A DNA stretch of 64,000 bases from Longimicrobiales bacterium (GCA_965219445.1 CBDCNQ010000004.1:1164103-1228102); one strand, 5' to 3'. Positions 19,709-31,746 are shown, numbered from the stretch's first letter. Numbers and translations: made by a program. The notes: generated by a model not told the origin, from the letters alone.

Positions 19709-20458
19709 TCAATCTTCGAGTTCTTCGAAGGTCAGATTGAGGATCGGATAGTCGGACCAGGCCCGGTAGTCGAAGTGCCACCACTCGTAAGGATAGATCG
19801 TGAATCCCTGCTTCTCCATCGCCGTTCTGAGCCGGTTCCTGCTCTCCCGCTCCCGCACGCTCAGGCCCGGATAGTCGGGATAGGAGCGTTCGGTGAACTC
19901 ATCGTAGCCGCTTCCCATCTCCACGTGCCGGCCCGACCCCAGGTCGTAGAGCGTCAGATCCACGGCCGCCCCGCGGTTGTGCCGCGATCCAGAAGCCGGA
20001 TCGGCCACGAAGTCCCGGAGATCCTCGGGCGTCCCCTCCCAGAACATCCAGGTGACGTACCACGGACGATAAGCATCGAAGATGAGCAGGCCAAAGCCTT
20101 GCTCCCCGAGTTCCCGATGGGCTGCTAGCAGAGCCTCGGCCGCCGGCCGCTGGAGGTAGGCCTTGGCCTGCCGGTACAGGGCCGCGCCCATGAAGTTGTT
20201 GGTTCCCGCGTAGCGGACGTCGAACCGCAGGTCCGGATCTAGGAGCGCGAGGTCGACCAGATCGGGCGCGAGCTTCTCTCCATCTTCCACGGGCGGAGTG
20301 GCGGCCAGCGCCTCGGCTTCCAGCTCCTCGACCGGCCGCTGGAGCTCGACGCGGAACGAGCCGGCGTCGCCGGGGCGGTCGCACGCAAGGATAAGGACGG
20401 AGAGGGGGAGCAGCAGGGCTCGAGCGACTTGACGGGGAATCAAGGAGGGTCGGGCCAT
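19709..20458 (-). CDS. D-Ala-D-Ala dipeptidase (M15D, DdpX/VanX-like) lipoprotein
   Basis: FDAYRP, SRHNRGAAVD, EWWHF. Confidence 0.9.
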   Translation of the reverse strand: MARPSLIPRQVARALLLPLSVLILACDRPGDAGSFRVELQRPVEELEAEALAATPPVEDGEKLAPDLVDLALLDPDLRFDVRYAGTNNFMGAALYRQAKAYLQRPAAEALLAAHRELGEQGFGLLIFDAYRPWYVTWMFWEGTPEDLRDFVADPASGSRHNRGAAVDLTLYDLGSGRHVEMGSGYDEFTERSYPDYPGLSVRERESRNRLRTAMEKQGFTIYPYEWWHFDYRAWSDYPILNLTFEELED

Positions 20459-20814
20459 GTTCCGTTCGCGCGCGTTTGAGAGATCCGGGCAGCGGGCAAG
20501 ACCCCGAGGCGGTCCTCGGGCCGGCGCCTGAAACCTAATCATCCACCGGCAAAATCCGAGGGGGCCGGCGGCCGGGCCGCTTTCGTTCGGGGGGCGCCCA
20601 GCCGGAAGGCGGACGGGCGTTCGCCTTCCTTCCGGCAATCGCGTCGTCTTCCGCCGGGGGCGGCGCGACGCCGAAGCGGCCCCGGGAGTGCGCAGGGCGG
20701 GGCACGGAGCCTCAGGGGCCACCTCGCCCGTGGAACCGGGGCCGCCCGAATCGGCCAAAGTGACAGGTACAGATGTCTACACCGATCTGGGGAGGCCATT
20801 AAGTCATTGTGGAG

Positions 20815-21854
20815 GAGGTTGGGTCAATAGGTGTGTAAACGTATCAGGCGGCGTTTTTCCGCTGTTGGGTTGAGACGGGCTTTCCGTCTTCGAACTTTCT
20901 TCCTTCAAATACGTCCTTGAGGAGGTGAGGAGCGTCGAGCCTTCTGAAGCGCTTCTCCGCCACCAAGAGCAGCTTCCAGATCAGCGCCGTAGCGCTCTCG
21001 ACCCGCTTGAAGCGCTTCGCCGCCGTTGTCCTGAGCCGTACTGCGGCAAAGGGGCTCTCGACCACGTTCGTCGTGCGTAGATGCTTCCAGTGGTCCTCGG
21101 GGAAGTCGTAGAACGCCACCATCCGCTCCCAGTCGTCCTCGAGTACATCCACCGCCTTCGGATACCACGGTCTGTAGCGCCTGGCGAACGCCTCACGGGC
21201 CTTCAGCGCCTCGGACCGCCTCGGTGCGTAGACCACGGTCCTGAGAAGGTCCTTCGCCTCGCTCTGCTCCCGCTGAGGCAGCCGGTCCAGCACGTTCCTC
21301 ATCTTGTGGTTCCACCACCACCAGCGCCGCCTTGTCCCGCTCGAGCCCTGCCTTCACGTAGATCCCGTCCGCCCATACGTAGACGACCTCACGGCCCTCC
21401 AGGCGACGCTGGCTCCATTTCTCGAACTCCCTTGTCCATCCCGCCCGCAGTCTCCGAATCGAAGACTTCGACAGCGGTGCCCCCTCGCCTAGCAGTCCCC
21501 GCATCGCCAGCTCGAAGTCTCCCTCTGCCAGTCCGTGCAGATACAGCTGGGGAAGCAGAGCGCCCAGCTCCTTCGTCCGCCTCGCGAACAACGGCAGCAC
21601 CCGACTCTCGAACCGCTCCTCGACGCCCCGAACCCGAGGGCGTCGGAGTGTGATCGTGCCCGAGCTCATCGCCAACCGCCTCGGCTTGCCATATCCGTTG
21701 CGGTAGCCCTCGGCCGAGTCCACCGTACTCCTGCGCTCTGACTTCTCCCGGCCTAACCACTCCGTGACTTCCTCCTCCATGATCTGTTGGATGAACTCCT
21801 GCGCCTTCTCCCTAACCATCCCCTCGAGCGTCTCCCACATCGGCGTGCTGGACG
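20815..21854 (-). mobile_element. IS256 copy B: chimeric, internally deleted, truncated by IS3
   Basis: Same end as copy A at 20815; 3' part encodes the same protein as A, 5' part is divergent; about 200-bp deletion near 21315. Confidence 0.85.
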
Positions 21855-23140
21855 TGACCAGCCCCCAAGAGTGGTACCATCTACTGTGTTAAGTCCGACC
21901 GCCTCCTGGAGCCTGGGGAGAGGGCCTCGGAGTCTGGGGAGATTGAGGAAGGCCGGCTCAGGCCGGATCGCCTCCGGGGCCGGCGGCTGATAGGCCAGAG
22001 AGCTATGCGGTCAGATGGTGTTGTACTCCCGCCGCCACTGCTTGATGAGCACCTGTGCCTCCTCCAGAGAACAGAAGATCTCGCGCTTCAGCACCTCGTC
22101 GCCGAGCGTTCCGTTGAAGCTCTCGTTGTAGCCATTCTCCCACTCGGGCTACCCGGCTCGACGAACAGCGTCTTCACGCCCAGCTGGCCTCAGCCACTCG
22201 CGCACCGCCGTTGCCGTGAACTCGGGGCCGTTGTCGGAGCGGATGTTAGCCGGTGGACCGTGCTCGGCAAAGAGTTCACTCAGCGTCTCCAGGACATCGT
22301 CGGACTGAAGCCTGCGAGCCACCACAATCGCCAAGCACTCCGCGGCTGTACTCATCGAGCACCGTCAGCATCTTCAGCCGCCGACCGTCGTGGGTCCGGT
22401 CCGCCACGAAGTCATAGGCCCAGACGTGGTGCCGGTACAAGGGCCGGAGCCGGATGCAGGAGCCGTCCGTCAACCACAAACGCCCCCGCCTGGGCTGCTT
22501 CTTCGGCACCTTCAGCCCCTCCTGCCTCCAGATCCGCTCCACCCGCTTGTGGTTCACCACCCAACCCTTCGTCCTCCAGCATCCCCGTCACCATCCGGTA
22601 CCCGTAGCGTCCAAACCTGCGGGCTACTTTCACCACGTCCTCCCTCAGCGCCTCTTCGTCCGCACTTCTGTTGCTCCTGCGGCGCTGCGTCGTGCGGGCC
22701 TGGCCCAAGACCCTGCACGCTCTCCTCTCGCTCACCCCGAACCGCTGACGAACTTCTGCCACGCACCGCCTCCGCCGCTCGGGGCTCAAAAGTTTCCCTT
22801 GGACGCCTCCTTCAGGATCAGATTGTCCAGGGTTAAATCGGCCACCGCTCGCTTCAAGAGCTGGGTCTCCTTCTCGAGCTCCTTCAGCCGCCTCGCCTGG
22901 CTCGTCTTCATCCCTCCGTACTCCCGCCGCCACCGGTAGTAGGTCTGCTCGCTCACGCCCAGCTCCCGGCACACCTCCTTGATCCTCTTCCCGTTCGCAA
23001 TCCCGACTTCGGCCTTCCGGAGAGCGTTGATGATCTGTCCCGCAGACATCCTCTTCCGCGCTGCCATGTTGACCTCCTCCTGGTCCCGACCGGCCCAAAT
23101 CCTAGCACTGGACCTGGCCTCGTTTCAGGGGGTCAGGTCA
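21855..23140 (-). mobile_element. IS3-family element (orfA 22786-23067; orfB broken by frameshifts)
   Basis: TGACC..GGTCA inverted repeats, GGGAAAC slippage at the orfA end, WAYDFV and IRSDNGPEF in different frames. Confidence 0.88.
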
Positions 23141-23599
23141 CAGTGATCTGAGACGAAAACCATCTGAACAGTTCATAATGAGAGAGGGCAGGGGCCATCG
23201 ACAACCGCCCTCCGGCAAGCTTCGCTCCTTCGCCGTTTGCCGCAGCTTCCCAATCTTCTTCATCTTCTCGGCACGAGCCGCCGTGTCCGTGCCGGTCAGT
23301 TCGCGATGGCGGCCCGGTAGGCGGCGGGGTCATCGCACCGGTCACGCCGTCGAGAGTGAGCCGGATACTCTACGGAGCAATGGACCCTTCGGCCCCTCGC
23401 CTTGGGACTTAGGCTGATCGCTCGAACTTGTCCGCGGTCGCCTGCGGCCCCGCAGAAACCCAACGGGTAACACGACTTACGACCTTCGGACACACCATGT
23501 GATACACGTCTCTCACAAGGTGTTGCCAAATCTTTGTCCCATAGAGACTTGCGAAGACTGATCCCGGCTTCCCGCTCAAACTGCCGGTCGCGCTCGAAG

Positions 23600-24036
23600 C
23601 GGAGCGCGCCGTGTTCGTCTACGTCGATCCCGGACACGATACCGCGACCGCGCTCCGCTCCTGGGCCGTGGCACATCGCGGCCTCTGGCGCGCGCTCAGC
23701 GAGCCCGGCCGGTCCGTCGAGGTCGTGGCCGTCGTCCGCACCGTGAGGGAGCTGCAGCGGGCCCTGACGATCCTCGAGAACTGGACCAACACATCTACAG
23801 CATCCGGCCCCTCCGCTGTTCCGGAACCCGACAGTGCGGCCCGCCGCGAGATCGCCCGAATCGAGCAGGCCATCCGCGCCAAGGATGAGCGGGTGCTCAA
23901 AGAGTATGGCGACCTGCAGGTCTGCCTCAAGCGGATCGTCGAGCTGAACGACCTCCACCGATCCTCGACTCCCGGAACGATGATCCACGGCTTCGCGACA
24001 TGGCGCTCGAGACGGCTCCCTGGAGGCCGATTTTGA
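23600..24036 (+). pseudogene. C-terminal fragment of a hypothetical element-associated protein
   Basis: Coding-like ORF without a clear start next to the integrase; function unknown. Confidence 0.35.
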
Positions 24037-24456
24037 ACGCGGATCGGCGAGGGTCGTTGCTGATCGGCGCGCGCACATCAGACATCGGGGTGCATGTGCA
24101 CCGAAACGCCATTTTCATGTGCGCGCCAGCGCTCCCTTATGTGCCTGGCTGTCTTGCAGTTGCGGCACGGCCGCCGGAGCTGCGACGCCGCTCCGGAGCT
24201 TTCGGCCGAAGAAGGGAGCGACCCCCCTGTTTCGATGCCTGGTACGGCATCGGGGAGGGTGGACATGTGCACGCACCTGCCACCCTCCCCGGCGGGTCGC
24301 TCCCGGTCCAATGATCCCTCCGGGAAGGGTATTCAACGCCGCTGTTAGGCGGCGGATCGCCAGTTCGCCAGCCGTCCAGCCGGTGTGTGTGTCTGCGCCA
24401 CCGCCCAAGGGACCGGGCGCGGTGCCGCGGACAGCGCCCACCGTGGGAGGTGCTGC

Positions 24457-25740
24457 TCAGCTACCGGGAACGGCGAGCCCCGAGTTGGCGCTCCAGATCC
24501 CCAGCGCCGTCGGTATGTAGATGGCCCCGGTTCCGTGAGTCGCCTCGATCTCTTCCCCCGCCCTGAGCCGGTCCAGATAGTCGGCCCAAGCCTGCATCAT
24601 CACGCGGCGCTCGGGCAGGAACGCCGTCCGGTTGTAGGCCCGGCCGTTGGGATCCCTGACCCGGTGGGCCAACTGGTGCTCGATGAAGTCGGGCCGAAAG
24701 CCCAGCACCTCGTCCAAGATGGTGCGCGCCATCGCACGGAAGCCGTGCGGCGTCATCCGTTCCCGCGGGATGTCCAAGGCCCGGAACGCTCCCCACAGCG
24801 TGGCGTCGCTCATCATCCGCTCCCGCTGCGGATAGCGCGCGTTCGGGAAGACGTAGCGGTGGTGCCCCGTCAGGGGATGCAGCTCGCGAAGGATCTCGAC
24901 CGCCTGACGCGCCAGTGGGACCACGTGCGGCGTGTCGGTCTTCGTCACCGTGTAGCGCCATTCTCCCCCGTCGAGGTCGATGCCGCCCCACTCGGCCTTG
25001 CGCAACTCGCCGGGCCGCACGAAGAGCAGTGGTGCCAGACCGAGCGCGCACCGCACCGGCAACGTGCCCGTGTAGCCGTCGAGGAGACGGAGAAGCGGGC
25101 CGACCTCCTTCGGATCGGTGATCGCCGCGAAGTGCCTCCGCTTCACCGGGGGGAATGCCCCGCGCAGGTCCCACGACACGTCCCGCTCGGCCCGGCCCGT
25201 CGCCACCGCGTAGCGCAGGATCCGCCCACAGAGCTGAAGCGTGCGATGCGCCATGTCCAGGTGGCCGCGTTCCTCGATGCGGCGCAGCGCGGCCAGCAGC
25301 TCCGGCGCCGTGAGTTCCGCGACCGGATTCGCTCCGATCCACGGGAACACATCCTTTCCCAGATCGCATTCGATCCGCCAGACGTAGCGGGCGGACCAAT
25401 TGGGCGAATGCTTCGCGAGCCATTCCGTGGCCACGGCCTCGAAGCTGTTGCTGGCCCACTGCCGCTTCGACTGCTTGCGTGCCTTCCGGTAGGCGCTCGG
25501 GTCGATCTCCCGGGCCAGAAGCTTGCGGGCCTCGTCCCTCCGCTCCCGCGCGAGCTTCAGCGAGACCTCGGGATAGATGCCCATGGAGATCCGCTTCTCC
25601 TTCTCGGCGAAGCGGTACTTGAAGCGCCAGGCCTTGGTGCCGCGCGGGGCGATCTCGAGGTACAGGCCGCGGCTGTCGTAGATCTTGCGCGGCTTCTCGC
25701 GGGGCTTGGCCTTCCGGATGGCCGTGTCGGTCAGTGGCAT
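24457..25740 (-). CDS. P4-like tyrosine integrase with arm-binding domain
   Basis: MPLTDTAIRKAKP..GLYLEI, RPGELR, HGFRAMA, QLAH, AYNR. Confidence 0.93.
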   Translation of the reverse strand: MPLTDTAIRKAKPREKPRKIYDSRGLYLEIAPRGTKAWRFKYRFAEKEKRISMGIYPEVSLKLARERRDEARKLLAREIDPSAYRKARKQSKRQWASNSFEAVATEWLAKHSPNWSARYVWRIECDLGKDVFPWIGANPVAELTAPELLAALRRIEERGHLDMAHRTLQLCGRILRYAVATGRAERDVSWDLRGAFPPVKRRHFAAITDPKEVGPLLRLLDGYTGTLPVRCALGLAPLLFVRPGELRKAEWGGIDLDGGEWRYTVTKTDTPHVVPLARQAVEILRELHPLTGHHRYVFPNARYPQRERMMSDATLWGAFRALDIPRERMTPHGFRAMARTILDEVLGFRPDFIEHQLAHRVRDPNGRAYNRTAFLPERRVMMQAWADYLDRLRAGEEIEATHGTGAIYIPTALGIWSANSGLAVPGS

Positions 25741-26344
25741 GTTGGGGCACCGTGTGAGGGATACGGTAGTCTGCCCCGAAATAGTGCCCCATAAAACTAC
25801 CGGCTGTCAAGGGGTGTAACGGGGTCTCTCTGGAGTATGGAAATCTCCTAACTCTTTGTATATCAGGTGTTATTGGGCTTTTATGGAGCGCTACTGAACG
25901 TCAATAGATGCGTCGATCCCTCCCAGTCATCCTCGTCCGACTTCCCCGTCCGTCCTCGGTGACTGACGGACATGCTCCGAGCCACGGTAAAGAGCCCTGG
26001 CTCGGCTCCTCAGTTCCTTGCGCTACCGGGTGAGATGGCGTTAGGGGGGAAAACGTTAAGTCGGGCTGCTCTTGAAGGCTCGTCCAACCAAGCTAGTGGC
26101 CGCGAGAGAACAAACGGCCACCCCCATCGTTCGAAGGTGGCCGTCTTGTTGTTCGATCTAAGAATTCTTCAACGACCGAGTCGCAACTATTCATTAGATC
26201 CGCCCTCGCAATTTTTCGCAGTTTTCAGTTTTCGAGTGGGACGGTCTGGAGAAGGTCGCTCGCCTTGCAGGTCACGCCTCGTGTCGGCATCCTGAAGCGC
26301 AGCAGAATCGCAGAACCGTTAGACGGACGGGAAAGAACACCGGA

Positions 26345-26896
26345 ATGCTGATTACACTAGGTGGGGCTTCCCGTAGCGGGAAGGGCATCATCTCCAGCGC
26401 GTTGGTCCGAAAGACTGCGATCCCACTCCTGCCGCTCGATGTGCTGAAAATGGGACTGCACCATGCGGTCCCGTCCGTTGGTGTTGACCCATCCGCTCCC
26501 TCGGTTGAGGTCGCAGAAAAGATGTGGCCGCTTGTAAGGGCGATGGCCGAGAATGCGCTCGAGTCCAACGTTGACTGCATCTTCGAGGGTGACATGATCG
26601 TGCCAAAACACGCCGCGGAGCTCCGGGGTCTCGCCGGTGATGACGCGCGTGCTTGCTTCGTGGGCTACGTGGATATTAAGCCAGAGCAGAAGCTGGCAGA
26701 GATCCGCCGACATTCTGGAGGCCCGAACGACTGGTTGAACGAGCATACCGATGAAGAAGTAATGGATCTGGTCGAGGAGAGCATCCGATTCAGTCGATAT
26801 CTCTCAGAGGAGTGCGACCGTCTGGGGTTCAGGTATTTCGACTGCTCGACCGATTTCGAGGGGACGGTTGACGCAGTTGTGAGCTACCTCATGTAG
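26345..26896 (+). CDS. P-loop kinase-like protein
   Basis: N-terminal GGASRSGKG Walker A-like motif, IFEGD. Confidence 0.65.
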   Translation: MLITLGGASRSGKGIISSALVRKTAIPLLPLDVLKMGLHHAVPSVGVDPSAPSVEVAEKMWPLVRAMAENALESNVDCIFEGDMIVPKHAAELRGLAGDDARACFVGYVDIKPEQKLAEIRRHSGGPNDWLNEHTDEEVMDLVEESIRFSRYLSEECDRLGFRYFDCSTDFEGTVDAVVSYLM

Positions 26897-26988
26897 CCCG
26901 TCCAAGCCACGAGAGCACTCCAGCCTAGCCCGGATACCGAATAAACACCGAAGAAGCTTAGAACGCGAATACAGGCTTCTGAGAGGCT

Positions 26989-27137
26989 TCTGCTTGCGCC
27001 TACCGGCCCGCTCTCGGATGTTGAACGCAGTCTGATCCCGGAGTGCGCTCATGTCCGACGCAGTCGCTCGCCTGAACGCAGCCCTCGCAGGTCGCTACGC
27101 CATCGAGCGTGAGTTGGGTGAAGGCGGGATGGCGACC
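26989..27137 (+). repeat. Ser/Thr kinase promoter-leader plus 5' stub (copy 1)
   Basis: Leader shared with 55801 and 61801; MSDAVARLNAALAGRYAIERELGEGGMAT then truncation. Confidence 0.8.
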
Positions 27138-27275
27138 GCCCCTCGCACGTGACCGTTCGACGCAACGACAGTGATCGTCACGTCAGGATCAAGATCGATC
27201 TCGTCCCCCGGCATTAGCCGGATCTCGTTCTCTGCGACGCCATCGTATCGAATGATCTGCGCCTGGGTGACCTTG

Positions 27276-27944
27276 CTACGACTTCATGCGGAACCGGTCT
27301 TCCATGTAGCGCGCGACGACTTCTCTCGATCCGAGACCGACGGCGAGGGCTCCCGCAAGGCACGCAGCGCCGAACAGAATCAAGAAACCGTTTGCTACGA
27401 TATCCTCGCCGATTCGTAGCTGGTTGAGGGCAATCGCAAAGGTAAAGATGATCAGTGCGTATCGCGCCACCACCGCGACCACTTCCGCCTCAGCAATACC
27501 AGCGTTGGCCGCCGCCGTTCGCACTAGGCCGGCCACGAAATTCGCCGCGTAGAGCCCCACGACGAGCACTATAACCGCCACGATGATATTGGGGATATAG
27601 AGGAGAATTTCATTGAGCAGCTGCGACGCCATTTCCAGTCGCAGGGCGTTGACGGTGGTCAACAGCACCATCAACATGACGAGCCAATACACCAGTACGG
27701 CGACCAAGTCTGTCGATGATTGCTTCACGCCGCCCGTCTGTAAGAAACCATCGATTCCTGCCTTTTCCGCGATGGTAGGGAATTTTATCAGCTGCAGACC
27801 ACGACGGACGGCGCCTCGGAAAACTCGAGCGAACAGCCAGCCAATGATGAGGATGAGGATCGCCGCCAGGATGTTCGGCAAGAAATCCCCGACGCCTTCA
27901 AGAAATGCCGCGACCGAATCACGGATGATTTCTTGGATTTGCAT
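27276..27944 (-). CDS. MscS-associated TM-helix repeat protein (CmpX-like)
   Basis: Two LPNILAA/IPNIIVA helix repeats, ALAVGLGSRE. Confidence 0.8.
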   Translation of the reverse strand: MQIQEIIRDSVAAFLEGVGDFLPNILAAILILIIGWLFARVFRGAVRRGLQLIKFPTIAEKAGIDGFLQTGGVKQSSTDLVAVLVYWLVMLMVLLTTVNALRLEMASQLLNEILLYIPNIIVAVIVLVVGLYAANFVAGLVRTAAANAGIAEAEVVAVVARYALIIFTFAIALNQLRIGEDIVANGFLILFGAACLAGALAVGLGSREVVARYMEDRFRMKS

Positions 27945-28017
27945 GTCAACCTCCCGGAAAGAGTGTGTTCATCTGCGGCGGCGCCTGTCCGTTTCCCGTC
28001 AACCTGACAGTGCCACG

Positions 28018-29526
28018 CTAGTCTCCGCCAACGATCCTCAGGAAGTCGGTGTGCGCTCCAACCTGCCCGTGAATGCCGGCATGCCGTTCCACATCAAGAT
28101 TCAGTCGCTGAACGTTTTGATACAGACTCCTCGTGCTCGCACTGGCGGAGGGAGACTGTGCGCCCGGCGCCGGCGGTGAATACAGATCTGCGTTGATCAG
28201 GATCCGTTCCGTTGGGAGATACACGATCAGCATATTGCCATTGTGCCCCAAGCCTTGGACCGGATAGATGTCCATCGTTCGCACACCGTCGCTGAGGACG
28301 TATTTCTCGTTGACCGTCTCAAATGCCGGGATCCGATTCCCCGCAAACCACGGCATGCGGCTCGACAAGATATCAGGCGCTACTGTCCGACGGCCCGGGT
28401 GGAAGAACACAGCATCGTAGAAGTCGCGGTTCCCCTGATGGGTAACCACCGTCGCGCTCTGGGCCACGTACGTTCGGAGCCCACCGGAATGATCGAAGTG
28501 GTGGTGTGTGTTCACCACGTACCGAATCGGCTTAGAGGAAATAACGCGCCGGACTTCCGCGATGACTGCCAAGGACCGCTCCTCGTTCTGGGGCGCCTCC
28601 ACCACCGCGACGAAGTCACGAAACTCAACTGCGATGCTGTGATGAGACCCACCGGCAATCCGCCACACGCCGTCGGCCAGCTCGGTGGACTCAACTCGGG
28701 CGGTTGGTACAGTGGCCTGTCGCACGCTGGCGGGCACGGTCAGAGCAGTGACATCCACGTTGGCCCGGACGCTCGTTACTCGGATTTCCATCCAGTTATG
28801 GCCGGCATTCAAACGGGGATCGCCCTGGTGGGAGTGAAGCACGGTCGGGAACATGACACCGTCGAAGTCTTGATACCCGGTGTACCGGTGGTCGTAGATC
28901 ATGTCACCCAATATGGGGTTCGACACCCAGGTCTGTGTGCGCTCGACCAAGTGGTCCTCATTGATCGTGCCATTGACGCGGTACCTGTTCATTGCTTTAA
29001 AGGACACGATGGTCAGTTCGCGCCCCTCCAGCATCAATGAGACTGCCGTAGCGTCATCTGCCTCCATCGCCGCTTTCAGGAAACCGTGAGGAGACATCCA
29101 GATGTCCAGCTGGCGGACCTCGGCTGCCGCCGGTTGAGGAGCCGGATCGCTGCCATTCATGTTCCAGCTGTAGTCGCCGCTGGTCAGGAGTCGTCGCTGT
29201 TGTTCACCTTGTAGCGGCGCTCCTCCACCGCCCAGAGCTGGATAGTCGCCTTGCCGGCGGATATAGCTTTCTCTCGAAGACCGGTTTTCGTAGTCGATCG
29301 TTCGCGTGTAATTGATGACGTCGAACCGCGGCCAGTCGTCGTTCGGCGTAAAGCTCTGTCCAACGGCCGCCACCCATCCAGCACCGGAGTATTCGATGGA
29401 CCTCACGGTGCCGGCGTCACCCATTGCATCGGCAGCGGCCCGCAACACGGCTTGGGCGTCCTGAGCCGCCGCCTTTCCCGCCAGCAGCGTCCCTAACACG
29501 ACGAGAACACCTAACGTCTTTGTCAT
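28018..29526 (-). CDS. Secreted metallo-beta-lactamase-fold hydrolase
   Basis: Signal peptide, NTHHHFDHSGG, LINADLY. Confidence 0.85.
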   Translation of the reverse strand: MTKTLGVLVVLGTLLAGKAAAQDAQAVLRAAADAMGDAGTVRSIEYSGAGWVAAVGQSFTPNDDWPRFDVINYTRTIDYENRSSRESYIRRQGDYPALGGGGAPLQGEQQRRLLTSGDYSWNMNGSDPAPQPAAAEVRQLDIWMSPHGFLKAAMEADDATAVSLMLEGRELTIVSFKAMNRYRVNGTINEDHLVERTQTWVSNPILGDMIYDHRYTGYQDFDGVMFPTVLHSHQGDPRLNAGHNWMEIRVTSVRANVDVTALTVPASVRQATVPTARVESTELADGVWRIAGGSHHSIAVEFRDFVAVVEAPQNEERSLAVIAEVRRVISSKPIRYVVNTHHHFDHSGGLRTYVAQSATVVTHQGNRDFYDAVFFHPGRRTVAPDILSSRMPWFAGNRIPAFETVNEKYVLSDGVRTMDIYPVQGLGHNGNMLIVYLPTERILINADLYSPPAPGAQSPSASASTRSLYQNVQRLNLDVERHAGIHGQVGAHTDFLRIVGGD

Positions 29527-29716
29527 TGCTAACCTCCTGAGCTCTGCTGGGCTGATGGGATCGTCCGATTCTAATCCCAGGAATTCAATGGTGATGTCAA
29601 GTTGAGGTGAACACCCTAGCTTGATGCCCAACCCGCCGGGGCAGTCCCCTCCGCGACCTCCTGGTTATCAGGCTGATGCCGAGTTCACTGTCAGCCTTGG
29701 GTCGGTCGCCGAGAGC

Positions 29717-31002
29717 TCAGGCGCCCCGGTACATCACTCTCCAAATTCGGCCGGTCCTGTCGTTCGAGATGTAGACGCTACCGTCCGGACCCACGGCGAT
29801 GCCCGAGGGCCGGTACGTCGCGTCGTCGCGGTTCATCAAGGGCGTCTGGCCGGCGAAGCCGTCCGCGAAGATTTCGTAGTCGCCCGTGGCCGGCGCGTCG
29901 CCATCGAACGGCACGAACACGACCTTATACCCGCCCTGGGGCAATGGCGCCCGGTTCCACGAACCGTGGAAAACGATGAACGCACCTCCCTGGTATCTCT
30001 CCGGAAATTGCTCGCCCGTGTAGAACATCAATGCATTAGGTGCCCAGTGGCCCGGGAAGCCGATCAAGGGGAGATCGAACTCGCCGCAGCGGCCGACCTC
30101 CATTCCGTCGCCACTGTACTCCGGCGACAGCACCCGCTTGTCCTGCTGCCAGTCGTGGTAGCAGTACGGCCAGCCGAAGTTCGAGCCCTCTTCCACCCTC
30201 ATGAACTCCTCTGAAGGCAGCTCGGCGTTCTGCTCCTCCGTGAAGCCGTCCCACAACGTGTTCAGCTGATCGCGGCCGTGCTGAACCAGGTAGAGCCCCG
30301 CCGCGAACGGATGCCAGGCCATGGCGAAGTTCTGCCGCATGCCGGTCGCGTAGCGAGTGCCGACGCCTGCGTCTGACCAGGCCGATCCGCGTCGAACTTC
30401 CACACGCCGCCGTGATTCTCGAGCAGCGGGCACGGGTCCATGCCGGGGACTCCGGGCTCTCGATCCTCCGACTGCCATGCGTTCGCGGGTGCGCCGACGT
30501 TCACGTAAATCCCGCCCTCGCCGTCGAAGGCAAAGCCCTTGGACGCGTGGGACCGCTGATCCGGTAGCGTCGCGATCACCTCGGCAAGCCCGTCCGCGAC
30601 GAGCTCGCCGCGCGTCATCGGGTAGCGGACGATCGCGTTGTCGCGACCGAAGTACAGATAGTCGCCGCGCAGCTGTATGCTCTTTCCGCCGTCCTCGCCG
30701 AATCGCTCCTCAAGGTCGGCCCGGCCGTCTCCGTCGGTGTCGCGCAGGGCGATGATCCCGCCGGGGGCGTTCTGCTGGTTACGGATTGCCACGAAGATGT
30801 CGCCGTTCGGGGCCACATCCAGGTGCCGCGCCGCGCCGAGAGCGTCCGCGACGACGAGTGCACAGAACCCGTCTGGAAGCTGGATGCCGCCGTTGTCGGC
30901 GTCACATTCAGGGAAGGCCGTCTGCTCCGCGCAGCTCGTGGTCGTGAGCGCGACCGCCGTCGCCAGGGCGAATCGGAGCGAACCGAGGATCGAGAGTCGC
31001 AT
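29717..31002 (-). pseudogene. PQQ-dependent sugar/sorbosone dehydrogenase family, frameshift near 30370 (could be a sequencing error)
   Basis: LPDGF, ATGMR, NFGWPYC, FHGSWNR split over two frames. Confidence 0.8.
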
Positions 31003-31172
31003 GGCTCCTCCCTATCAAAGAAGAAAACTTCAGCTCCCAGCAATAGCGACGCTCGCAATGCTCGCGTCGCCTTCCGGAGATTCTCAATGTACGCGGAGGT
31101 CGGCTCCGCGCACTACGCGCGTCGCACGGGCCGCTTTCTTCCTCGGTGGCCGAAATGATCCCGGACGGTCGC

Positions 31173-31197
31173 CCCGGCGACCCCCTGAACCCCATTC
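31173..31197 (-). tRNA. tRNA-Pro(GGG) partial fragment (att scar)
   Basis: Reverse complement GAATGGGGTTCAGGGGGTCGCCGG; repeated at 51250-51273. Confidence 0.6.
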
Positions 31198-31416
31198 GTC
31201 CACAGGATGGGCCGAATCCCGGCAAGAACACGTGTAAACCCTTGGTAGGACGCACGATCTGCCGTTCTTGCCTTCAGACTATGCCGGAATCTGCCGCCTT
31301 CAATCGGCCCAATGACCGGCCCAATCGACACAAGAACCGACACAAAGCCGGAAATCGGGGCCAAGCGAAACCCTGGCCGGTCTGGTAGGACCAACCGGGC
31401 AGCCCTGTTCCTCGAA

Positions 31417-31461
31417 GTGGGCCTGGGAAGACTCGGACTACCGACCTCACGCTTATCAGGC
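31417..31461 (-). tRNA. tRNA-Ile(GAU) 3' half fragment (att scar)
   Basis: Reverse complement GCCTGATAAGCGTGAGGTCGGTAGTCCGAGTCTTCCCAGGCCCAC; no D arm or 5' acceptor strand. Confidence 0.85.
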
Positions 31462-31746
31462 GCCTCAGCGGGGGTCGGAATCACGGTAGGATGTCGGAAA
31501 ACTCAGATGGATCGCGCGATTTGCCGCCTTCGCGATTCGTGGATGTCGCGATCTGCCGGGTTCAATCGACAGGACAATCGACAGGACCCACCGACGGTAC
31601 TCCCCTGCCCCGTCGCGGCCACCCCGTTCCCGCTCGGCCACTTTGACCTTTCTGTTGCGAAGAGGCCGGTCAGGAGGTTTATTCGGTCGGCCGCTCCCGC
31701 GTGCGGCCTGGTCTTCATTTACCAAGTTCCGGACAGGCAGACCCCC

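Noticed and set aside
19709..20458. Vancomycin resistance (vanX)
   Set aside because: No vanH/vanA neighbours; it looks like a stand-alone lipoprotein dipeptidase.
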